DNA of 37,330 nt from Thermotogota bacterium (lineage in GTDB: Bacteria; Thermotogota; Thermotogae; Petrotogales; Kosmotogaceae): NCBI GenBank assembly GCA_034660555.1, contig JAYEJL010000051.1:23289-60618 (forward strand), in the 5' to 3' direction. Shown here one piece after another: positions 1 through 9,200 of this stretch. The position numbers and the translations under genes were made by a program. The notes under the pieces are model-generated. The model saw only the letters and a list, made by a program, of their open reading frames with translations, did no database searches and was not told where the DNA came from. Positions within the stretch are counted from its first letter, which is position 1, and every line of letters begins with the position of its first letter.

Positions 1-221
1 AATCAGATATGGTACTGGAAGGAACAGTAAGAAATGTCGTCGATTTCGGTGCTTTTGTCGATATCGGAGTAAAACAAGATGGTTTAATCCATAAATCGAA
101 AATGGGCAGATTCGTAAAGGATCCACTGGAGGTAATTTCGGTTGGACTAATCGTCAAGGTAAAGGTACTAAATGTGGACCTTGAAAGGGAACGAATCTCA
201 CTTCAGTTATTAAAACGCTGA
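1..221 (+). CDS. 3' end (S1 RNA-binding domain) of a Tex-family transcription accessory protein; partial, begins left of the window
   Basis: [30 protein letters not shown]...[15 protein letters not shown] is a typical Tex C-terminal S1 domain. The frame is open to the left edge. Confidence 0.85.
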   Translation, partial: SDMVLEGTVRNVVDFGAFVDIGVKQDGLIHKSKMGRFVKDPLEVISVGLIVKVKVLNVDLERERISLQLLKR

Positions 222-235
222 AATATTTAATACTG

Positions 236-1771
236 TTAGCAATTCTCATCCCAGTAATAGGTGTGATAATTATTGTTGCCAATCTCAAAAACTACCTGGT
301 GGTCAATAATTTCTTTCCACATCAAAGCGGATTTAGCGGGTAAGAAACGTAATGTATCATGTACCAAACCGAATATGTTCTCTTTGTTTGCTTCAATGGA
401 AGATGAACGGAATTCTTTAAACATGAATTTATAGTTTCCTATAAGCGCTCTATCTTTTGAAATTTGCGCTTCAACCTTTCTACCTTTGTAAGTAACCTCA
501 TCCTTAACAGGAAAATTCACATCCATATTATCAGGTCTGATTTTCTTATGTAGTTCAATTACTTCATATACATTTGGTTTTTTCCATGACTTATTGCATG
601 CATTACAGAAAAAACTGCTAATTCTGCCTTTAATACTTCCTATTGTACCGCAGCTGGGACATCTCCATAACAATCGATTAATACCCAAATAGTGCCTGTA
701 ACGTTTATTAAAGGATTGATCTTCTTTGTCAAGAAACGATTTTATTTTTTCTTCCAGATTATCTTCATTGGGATTTATCGGTTCTCCAAATTCAATATTA
801 ATATGGCCAAACTGAAGAATATTCGACCACCTGGGCCAAAGTCTTTGTGCACCGTTGAACTTCACCGGTATGATTGGAACCCCAAGCTTTTTGAACAATT
901 TCCAGATTTCCTTCCTAATACATAACCGTTCTCCATCCCAGCTTCTCGCCGCTTCTGGCGCTATGATAATATTGAATTTACTACTCAAAGTACTCATTAT
1001 ATCTCTCATTGCTCTCATATCTCTTTCATATCTCTTCACAGGGATAGTCCCCATTTTTCTGAGCAACGCGAGTTTTTCAACATACAGTGCTGTCCCTACA
1101 GGTCTAAAATACTTAGTTAAAGCATAGTACATAGCCGGACCATCATAATGAGTTTGATGCTGTATGGCAAAGATTACAGGTGTGCCCTTTTTTTCTTTAC
1201 TCCTCACTGTTATAAAAGGGAACACGACTATTTGAACAACAATTTTTAGTAGTAAATTCATTAACACAAATAACAGAGGGGCAGATTCAGAATAATCAAA
1301 GGGGATTTTTTTGCCCGGAAATGGGACAAATGCCGGAACTTTTCTACGATAACTGTCATAGTTCAAAACTTTTTTCCCCGAATACTTTTCTTGCATTAAT
1401 TGTAAAGTAATAATAAACACCATTACACTTAACAAAAAAACCAGAGTTGTATACGAAAGGCTAAGAAAAAATATACCTGTTAAGTAAATCATATATCCTG
1501 TTGAAACAGGATGTCTTATGTACCTGTAAGGACCGGAAATTATTAACCTGTCATTAGAAGTCAGCATCAACGACCATTTGCCATTCTGAATATATGCAAT
1601 CAATGAAGAATAAAGAGCTATTAAGACACCTGCTGATATGAAAGCGTAACCAGAAATATTCGTTAGAACGGATACGTAATCTTGACCACTGTAAAAAAAT
1701 ACCAAGCAGGGAATTAATATCCAAAAAATGATAGCTTCTACTATAAACAGCATTATTCGGATATGTTCCAC
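236..1771 (-). CDS. Fusion of an N-terminal ICMT/PEMT-like membrane methyltransferase domain, a PlsC-like (LPLAT) acyltransferase and a CxxC..CxxC zinc-ribbon C-terminal region
   Basis: The N-terminus has TM helices with LIISGPYRYIRHP and Y..Y...VPAFVP (ICMT family). It then has HQTHYD (HX4D), PEAARSWDG and PIIPV (LPLAT motifs), followed by CPSC and CNAC. Confidence 0.75.
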   Translation of the reverse strand: MEHIRIMLFIVEAIIFWILIPCLVFFYSGQDYVSVLTNISGYAFISAGVLIALYSSLIAYIQNGKWSLMLTSNDRLIISGPYRYIRHPVSTGYMIYLTGIFFLSLSYTTLVFLLSVMVFIITLQLMQEKYSGKKVLNYDSYRRKVPAFVPFPGKKIPFDYSESAPLLFVLMNLLLKIVVQIVVFPFITVRSKEKKGTPVIFAIQHQTHYDGPAMYYALTKYFRPVGTALYVEKLALLRKMGTIPVKRYERDMRAMRDIMSTLSSKFNIIIAPEAARSWDGERLCIRKEIWKLFKKLGVPIIPVKFNGAQRLWPRWSNILQFGHINIEFGEPINPNEDNLEEKIKSFLDKEDQSFNKRYRHYLGINRLLWRCPSCGTIGSIKGRISSFFCNACNKSWKKPNVYEVIELHKKIRPDNMDVNFPVKDEVTYKGRKVEAQISKDRALIGNYKFMFKEFRSSSIEANKENIFGLVHDTLRFLPAKSALMWKEIIDHQVVFEIGNNNYHTYYWDENC

Positions 1772-3065
1772 CCCCTAATAACAAAATCGGTTCCTTTTTC
1801 TTCTGCATTTTCAATGTATACTTCGAGATCGATTTTGTCAATTATTTTCTTAAAAATTGAAAGTCCAAGCCCAAAACCCTCTTTGCTTCTTGATTTATCA
1901 ACCTTGTAAAAGCGTTCAAATAGCCTTTCTTTTTCTGACTCAGGTATCCCTTCACCATTGTCTATAATATGCAGTTGTTCATTTTCACCAACCCACTTAA
2001 TCTTTACTATGTTAGTTTTAGCATGTTTCACTGCATTTTCGAAAAGGATTTTAAGAGATATGCCAAGCAGTTCTCTTTTCGTTTTCACTATCAGCTCTTC
2101 AGGGATATCTAATTCAACTTTAAAATCAAAGTAAGATTGGACTTCAGCTGTCTGATTCAAAATAACTTCCTTTAGATTTTCTGAAGTTAGTTCCGCCTTT
2201 GAGTTGGGCTGTGATAACAAAAGCAATTTTTCAGCAAGTTCAATGAGCTTTTTTGACGTTTCTTCAATGTTTTTGGCTGCCTCTTCTGTCATCCCCTGGC
2301 TGCTTGAAGCCCAACGAGTTATCATTCTTGAAAATCCAAGAATAGAAGTAAGCGGCGTCATTATTTCGTGAGCAACGTCAGAAGAAAACTGTTCTTGCTT
2401 TTTATATCCATACTCGATTCTTGTCAAAGCTTTGTTTATCACATCAATAAGCTTTTTTATTTCTTTTGTTTTGGTTTTAATACTCACACGCGATGAAAGA
2501 TCGCTAACTACAATACTACGTAAGGAATCGCTCGCTTTTTTCAATGGTTCTGAAATTTTCTTACTCAAAATAATTGAAACAAATAATGATATAAGTATGG
2601 CTATTATCGAAGCAAGTATAATTGATGATCTAAACCCCTTTAGAAATAAATCATATTCTGCTATTCTACTTCCCAAAAGAACTTTATTGTTGTTGTCTGA
2701 AAATCCATATAAAAGGTACATATCATCATCAACATTTATAATTTTTGAACCGGAGAAAAAAGAATAATCTTCAAGATTATCTGGATTTTGTATAATCTCA
2801 TCATCAATCTTTATGAACAACTGCTCAGTTACAGCCGGCCCCATCCTTCCCATACCCTGTCCGACAAAATCCAACCTATTGAATCTCGGACTATGGGTAA
2901 GTGAAATGTATGCTTTGCTCAGTTCCTGAGCGTAATTTCTTATAAATACTGAACGAGAGTTAACATAAACAAAATATGAAAAAAACCAATGATAATTGCA
3001 GAAATGAGTAATATACTCATAACCAGTTGAAAGAAAAGAGTAAAAGTCTTATTATTTAAAGACAT
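1753..3065 (-). pseudogene. HAMP-domain sensor histidine kinase with an apparent 1-nt frameshift in a T7 run (plus-strand A7 at 2979-2985); 437 aa if repaired
   Basis: ORF 1753..2874 has the H-box SDVAHEIMTPL, N-box ENAVKH, G1 DNGEGI, F-box FERFYK and G2 GFGLGL. ATG 3065 encodes MSLNNKTFTLFFQLVMSILLISAIIIGFF (TM1) in a different frame, and one extra T joins it to SYFVYVNSRSVF... Confidence 0.8.
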
Positions 3066-3714
3066 AGCCTACGCTTCTTACCGTATTAATATATTTTCCA
3101 GCCTCTTTGAGCTTCTTTCTTAGATAATTAACATAAACTTCTACTACGTTTTCGTTGCTCCATTCATCCGTTCCCCACACTTTATCGAGAATAGTACTCT
3201 TCGATATCACAATTCCTTTATTTTCCATGAGCAGGTTAAGTAAATCAAATTCCGTTTTGCTCAGTTTTATCTCCTCTTCGCTCACTCTCACTTCCCTGGA
3301 AGCACTGTCAAGCACAACTTCTTTATAAACAAGTCTTTCAGATTTTTTTACCCTGCGCAACTGTGTTTCAATACGAGCAATGAGTTCTTCAATGTGAAAG
3401 GGTTTTGTTAAATAATCATCAGCTCCCGTTCTTAAACCTTTGACTTTGTCATTTACTTCGCGCTTTGCTGTAAGCATAATTACTGGCAATTCATATGAAT
3501 GATCTTCTCTAATTCTTTGTAAAACATGATAACCATCAATTTCAGGAATCATTATGTCAAGAATAACAAGATCGGGTAGCTGTTCACTGATACTTTCAAG
3601 TGCGGTTTTGCCACTGGAAACATGGTTAACTTCATAACCTTTGTTCTGAAGCTCAAGTTCTAAAAACTTGCTTAGGTGAGGATCATCTTCTATCAGAAGT
3701 ATTCGCGATTTTAT
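3052..3714 (-). CDS. OmpR/PhoB-family response regulator, 220 aa, apparently starting at a non-canonical ATA
   Basis: The frame continues upstream of the track start (3552) as (I)KSRILLIEDDPHLSKFLELEL...PDLVILDIMIPE, completing the receiver domain. It also has GADDYLTKPF and the wHTH VEVYVNYLRKKL..TVRSVGY. AGGAG lies 8 nt before ATA 3714, and there is no in-frame ATG/GTG/TTG before the upstream stop. Confidence 0.85.
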   Translation of the reverse strand: MKSRILLIEDDPHLSKFLELELQNKGYEVNHVSSGKTALESISEQLPDLVILDIMIPEIDGYHVLQRIREDHSYELPVIMLTAKREVNDKVKGLRTGADDYLTKPFHIEELIARIETQLRRVKKSERLVYKEVVLDSASREVRVSEEEIKLSKTEFDLLNLLMENKGIVISKSTILDKVWGTDEWSNENVVEVYVNYLRKKLKEAGKYINTVRSVGYVFK

Positions 3715-4612
3715 TTTTCTCTCTCCTATTTTTTCTGCGAAATTTTAAGGCTGACGAGACACTTCCAAATGCAACTCCAATAAGCATAATTCCCAAACCC
3801 ATTCCTTTCATTAAACCCACGTTTTCACCCAGAATAATTACCGCAAACAACAGCGCAAAAGCGGGTTCTCCCACATAAATTAGTGAAGCGCTGATTGATC
3901 CAAGGTGTTTTTGATAGCGTAACTGTACAGCTACAGCAAAAATCGATGCAACAAGAGCGGTAAAAAGTGCCACTGCCACAATTGGTATATTCAATGTTAC
4001 CTTGCCAGGGATAAAGGGTACCAAAATCAAATTAGCTATTGCAACAGCAAATAGTTGTGGAAACAACAAACCTACTTCATTATTAACTGAGTTTTCAGTA
4101 AATACACTTATAAATACCACGTGCAACGCAAACATGATAGCACAAAGAAGCGTCAGCATATCACCAAAGTTAAAAGAGGAAACATTGGGTGTGGTTAACA
4201 AATAAAGACCAAACAGTGAAATGCTAAAGGCCATAATTTGCATAACGGTTGGCATTCTTTTTTCAATTATAGGCGAAAGTAACGCCACAAAGGTTACATA
4301 AAGTGCAGTGATAAAAGCGCTTTTAGAAGAAGATGTATAGACAAGTCCCCAGGTTTGAAAGATATAAGCGCTGGCCAGGAAAGCGCCTAATATCAGACCT
4401 TTTAATAAGTCATTCCGTGTTGTCTTTCGAATTTGCTTGACTCCAAAAATACCAATAATTGCAGTAGCTATAATGAACCTGATGAAATTGTAGAATACTG
4501 GAGACACACCATCTGTAAGTATGATTTTTTGAAGCGGGAATGTCATGCCCCAAAATAAAACTACTAGAAATAAAAGTACATTGGCTTTTAGTTTCTCATT
4601 AGATTTCTGCAT
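3683..4612 (-). CDS. DMT/EamA-family transporter
   Basis: About 10 hydrophobic segments in two EamA repeats, with motifs FWGMTF, RFIIA, QTWGL.YTSSSKSAFIT, GDMLTL and EPAFA...ILGE. Confidence 0.9.
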   Translation of the reverse strand: MQKSNEKLKANVLLFLVVLFWGMTFPLQKIILTDGVSPVFYNFIRFIIATAIIGIFGVKQIRKTTRNDLLKGLILGAFLASAYIFQTWGLVYTSSSKSAFITALYVTFVALLSPIIEKRMPTVMQIMAFSISLFGLYLLTTPNVSSFNFGDMLTLLCAIMFALHVVFISVFTENSVNNEVGLLFPQLFAVAIANLILVPFIPGKVTLNIPIVAVALFTALVASIFAVAVQLRYQKHLGSISASLIYVGEPAFALLFAVIILGENVGLMKGMGLGIMLIGVAFGSVSSALKFRRKNRREKNKIANTSDRR

Positions 4613-4679
4613 AAAAGTCCATCCTCATCTCTTTCTAAAGCTATCAACTTTTCAAAGAAAAATCTCGCATATGAATTTT

Positions 4680-6182
4680 TTAATGAATCTCATATATTTT
4701 AGAGAATTTGCTTTTGACATAATTAATAAAATAAGATGGTTTTAACTCCTCATCAGTTACTTCCTTAATAAGTTCATCAGGAAAGAGTGATTTACCTTTA
4801 CTGTGAACATTTGTTTTAAGCCAGCTTACAAGATTCTCTAACTTACCTTTTTCCATGAGGTTGTCAAGATCATCTATTTCAGTATGAAGGGATTTATACA
4901 GTTGAGCAGCGTAAAGATTGCCCAGCATATATGACGGAAAATAACCGAACATACCAGCATACCAGTGTACATCCTGTAAAATCCCTTCTCTATCGTTTGA
5001 TGGCAGCAGACCAAGATATTTTTTAAATTTCTCATTCCAAAATTCCGGCAACTCTGACACCTTAACTCTGTTATTTATAAGAGCCTCTTCAATTTCCGTT
5101 CTAATAACAATGTGAACATTGTAGGTTAGTTCATCAGCTTCTATTCTAATCAGTGAAGGTTCAACATGGTTGATGGCTTTGTAGAAACTCAAATGATCCA
5201 CATCATTGAAGTGTGAGAAATGTTTTTTTAATATATGAAGTAAGTATCTGGAGAAGGACCAGTTTCGTCCAACATTATTTTCAATCATTCTGGATTGAGA
5301 TTCGTGAATGCCATAAGAAGCTCCATCATGTAATACCGTCCAAAGATAATCTTCCGGCAATCCCTGATCGTATAAAGCGTGTCCTCCTTCATGTAATGTG
5401 CTATAAACAGTTGCCCCGATATCATTGGCAACGTATTTTGTTAGCACCCTTGTATCGTTGTGCGATATGTCTATGGTGAATGGATGCACCGTTTCATCAA
5501 GTCGTCCAGCATCAAAGTCATAGCCTATTGTTTCGAGCAATTCTTTGCACATAATTTCTAGTGTTTTTCTTTCAAAATTCCCCTTCAGCAAATCTCTTGA
5601 GGTCTTTACGCTGGAATTTTCTATCTTTTCTATAAAAGGTATGAGATCCCTTTTTAGCGACTCCATAACATCCTTTAGTTTTCTGAAGGTCATTCCCGGT
5701 TCATAACGGCTTATTAGTGCGTCGTAAGGATTATCCTTGTAACCAATTCTTTCCGCCATTTCTCTGGAAAGATCAACAATCCTCCCCAGCTGTTTCTTTA
5801 ATTGATTGAAATCTCCCCCATTTCTTGCCTTTAACCATAATTCCTCAGTTTTCGATGACTCTATGGTTATTTCTTTAAGCAGCTCTGGTGGAAGCGACTT
5901 TATGATATCGTACTCGTATTTTGTCATTCTGAATAATTTTTCTTCGTATTCACTTAACTGGTTTTTGCTACTTTCTCGTTCCATCTTTTCAAGCAGTTTT
6001 TCCATCTCGTCAGAAACAAATTTTTTAAAGGATAGCTCGCTTAAATATCCTATAGCATTAGCTCTATACTCATATGCAGCTTTTGGCATATATGTCCTTT
6101 GATCCCATGCAAGTAAAGATACAGCGGAGTTGATTAGTGCCCTTTCTTTTCCAATATTTTTAAGTTCCTCTAAAAACTCCAT
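4680..6182 (-). CDS. Carboxypeptidase Taq-like metallopeptidase (M32 family)
   Basis: Motifs HPF, HEGGH, HESQS, IRIEADELTY, LQDVHW and GYFPSY. The start is set to ATG 6182 because GAGGTG lies 6 nt upstream (the track used GTG 6191, inside the SD). Confidence 0.93.
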   Translation of the reverse strand: MEFLEELKNIGKERALINSAVSLLAWDQRTYMPKAAYEYRANAIGYLSELSFKKFVSDEMEKLLEKMERESSKNQLSEYEEKLFRMTKYEYDIIKSLPPELLKEITIESSKTEELWLKARNGGDFNQLKKQLGRIVDLSREMAERIGYKDNPYDALISRYEPGMTFRKLKDVMESLKRDLIPFIEKIENSSVKTSRDLLKGNFERKTLEIMCKELLETIGYDFDAGRLDETVHPFTIDISHNDTRVLTKYVANDIGATVYSTLHEGGHALYDQGLPEDYLWTVLHDGASYGIHESQSRMIENNVGRNWSFSRYLLHILKKHFSHFNDVDHLSFYKAINHVEPSLIRIEADELTYNVHIVIRTEIEEALINNRVKVSELPEFWNEKFKKYLGLLPSNDREGILQDVHWYAGMFGYFPSYMLGNLYAAQLYKSLHTEIDDLDNLMEKGKLENLVSWLKTNVHSKGKSLFPDELIKEVTDEELKPSYFINYVKSKFSKIYEIH

Positions 6183-6195
6183 TATAACCACCTCT

Positions 6196-6208
6196 GAAAA
6201 TTATATCA
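6196..6208 (-). promoter_or_regulatory. Putative extended -10 promoter (TGnTATAAT) for the carboxypeptidase gene
   Basis: Minus strand TGATATAATTTTC lies directly after the rpoC terminator and directly before the SD. No good -35 box. Confidence 0.55.
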
Positions 6209-6223
6209 CCATTAATTTTAAAT

Positions 6224-6249
6224 AAAAAAGGGAGCCTTTCGGCTCCCTT
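6224..6249 (-). terminator. Rho-independent terminator of the rpoBC operon
   Basis: Minus strand AAGGGAGCC-GAAA-GGCTCCCTT followed by a T tract, about 14 nt after the rpoC stop. Confidence 0.9.
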
Positions 6250-6263
6250 GCTACGAATTTTAA

Positions 6264-9200
6264 CTATCCAATATCTTCCTCTTCTTCAGCCATGCCTGCT
6301 TCCTCAATCTGAATATTGGAGTACATGTCAAGACCAGTTCCAGCAGGTATAAGCTGTCCAACAATTACATTTTCCTTAAGTCCAAGGAGTTTATCCATTT
6401 TACCCTCTGTTGATGCTTCTGTTAGTACCTGAGGTGTTTGCTGGAATGATGCTGCTGATAACCAACCTTCACTTTCAAGTGACGCCTTTGTAATTCTTAA
6501 CAGTCTTCTCTTGTACTTTATATAATCCTTTGGAGATATCTGTACTGACTTTTCAGGCAGCGTGAAGTCTGGATCTATCTCTTCCAGCAACTTCTGGTAT
6601 TCTTCTTCTTCTACATCGTATATACTGATTTCTTTTATTTCATATTCTTCAAATTTCTTCGTCAATTCTTTATCTATCATTTCGCCTTCAATACCAAGGC
6701 TAACAACCTTTTCGTCTTCATCTTCTCCAAGAACCTTTCTTGCCAGTCTTCTTCCAATAACCATCTTCTTGTTTTCTTCGACTTTTCTATTACTTCTACT
6801 GATTTGTTCATTGAATTTCTTAACCTTCTGAATGTTTATCAGTGTTCCTGGAAGTAATTCTGTGTCTCCTGGATCTGTTATTTCAACCTTTGAGAGCATT
6901 TGTTTTATTATCAGCTCAAAGTGTTTGTCATGTATCTCAACACCCTGTTCTGCATAAACACGTTTTATCTCTCTTAGTAGATACATGGCTGTCTGGTTAA
7001 TGCCAAGTTTCTGCATGAGTTTTCTGGGCCTTACGGTACCTGTTGTGAGAGATTCTCCTTCAAGTACCTTATCTCCAATGTGAACCTTTGGCTTTATCAC
7101 AGATGATAGTCTATATTCTTTTATTTTAACTTCCGGTGTTTCGACAAATAGTTTTCTCCTACCCTTATCATCTGTGTCCATATCCTTGACAAAACCATTA
7201 ACTTCACTGAACAATGCTTCTGGCTCTTTTAGTTTCTTCCTTGCTTCAAAGAGTTCCTCAGCTCTTGGCAAACCACGTGTAATATCAGTTTCCGTAGCTA
7301 TACCACCGGTGTGGAATGTTCTCATTGTCAGCTGTGTTCCTGGTTCACCAATTGACTGCGCTGCAACTATTCCAACTGCTTCACCAACATTAACCACATC
7401 GTGATTTGAAAGATCCATTCCATAACATGCTGCACATACTCCCTGTTCTGCTTCACAGGTAAGTACGGTTCTAATATTTATCGAAGGTCTAACCTCGAGT
7501 GATTCGTAACCTTCTTTCAATAGTGTTTTTGCAGTTGTTGGAATCAGCTTCTCCTGATATTTTACAAGCTGAATGTTATCTTTGTTTCTAAATTCATGGC
7601 CCACATAAACCTTGTTAACGGCAGGATAAACATTTACTTTGAGCTTCTTTATTCCTTTTTCTTTCATCTCGTGTAATATATCACCAGTCAATTGCATACC
7701 AGATTCATAGGTCTTTTCCTCTAGAGTAACCTCTTCAGCAAGCTCTGTATAATCCGTGATATGAATCTTTTTGTCAAGTGATAGTTCTTCTTCACTCATT
7801 ACAGGGACTTTGCGTTTGAAATTGGCAAGGAACACCTCGTCTCCGTCCCTAATCATGGTGTTCCTCGTGTAAAGTTTTCCAGTCTTTGGATTCTTGACTG
7901 TTTTTCCTGTCATAGGATCTATGATATCCTCTGCCAGTACGCGACCAAATAGGAAATCTTCGAGCTTTTCTATGGTTACGTCATCAGCCATTAGTTCAAT
8001 TGCCTCTATACCTTCACTTGTTCCACAATCAGGGGTAGTAACTGTAGTGCTCTGCGCAACATCAACCAATCTTCTGGTTAGATAACCTGCAAAGGATGTC
8101 CTCAGAGCGGTGTCTGCTGAACCTTTTCTGGCGCCATGCGTAGATGTAAAGAATTCGAGTTCCTTCAATCCGTCCCTGAAGTTTGATAGTATAGGCACTT
8201 CGATAGTTTTACCTGATGGATCAGCCATAAGGCCCCTCATTCCAGAAAGCTGCTTCAACTGGTCAATATTACCTCGAGCTCCAGAATCAACCATCATATA
8301 AACAGGGTTGAAAGGATATTCCTTGAATTCGTCATAGGTTTTCAATGTAAGTTCCTGGATTGCCCCTTCCCAGATCTTAATAATTTCAATGATTCTGTTA
8401 TTTTCATTTAAATATCCATCTTTGTACAACTGATCGATCCCTTCAACTTTTTTCTGCGCTTCATTAATAATCTCTTCTTTTCTGGGATACATTATTATGT
8501 CCCTTATGGAAATGGTGAGTCCACTTACTGTGGCATAATGGAATCCCATTCTCATCATACCGTCAAGAAGATCTGCAGTTCTATCTATTCCAAATTCCTG
8601 GAAACAATCATAGATCAGTGTCTTAATTTGCCTCTTTGTAAATTTCTGACTGTAATTCCTCAATTTTTCAGGTAGTATTGAGTTAAATATTATTCGTCCG
8701 ACACTTGTCAACGTAAGGCCTTCGTTTCCACCTATTTGTACGAGAATTGGGTCATGAAGCCCTACCATACCTGAATCATATGCCATAAGCGCCTCATCTG
8801 TCATTCCAAATTTCCAGTTTACTTTCTCAAGTGCTTTTTCTCTTGACTTTTTTTTCAATTCATTTTCATCTATTCCCGATTTCTTTAATTCCTCATAATA
8901 TTCATTAAGTTCATTTTCCAGTTTCTCATACTCGTAATCTGTCGTTGTGAGGTAATAAACACCGACAATGATATCCTTACCTGGCATCGAAATCGGTTTT
9001 CCATTAGCAGGTGAAATAACATTGTATCTGCTCAACATCAGGAATTTTGCTTCAGCCTGAGCTGCAGTAGATAAAGGAACATGGACAGCCATCTGATCTC
9101 CATCAAAATCCGCATTGAAGGGAGCACAAACCAACGGATGTAGTTTTATAGCGTTACCTTCAACCAATCTTGGTACAAAAGATTGTATTGATATTCTATG

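Noticed and set aside
1554..1841. Alternative minus-strand ORFs (1554..1841, 14201..14398, 29197..29517)
   Set aside because: They are out-of-frame overlaps inside recognised genes with no family motifs.
1753..2874. Kinase starting at TTG 2874 as in the ORF track
   Set aside because: It would lack TM1 and has no clear SD. The upstream frame-shifted segment supplies the proper N-terminus.
3052..3552. Response regulator starting at Met 3552
   Set aside because: It would remove the first 54 residues of the receiver domain, including the phospho-acceptor Asp.
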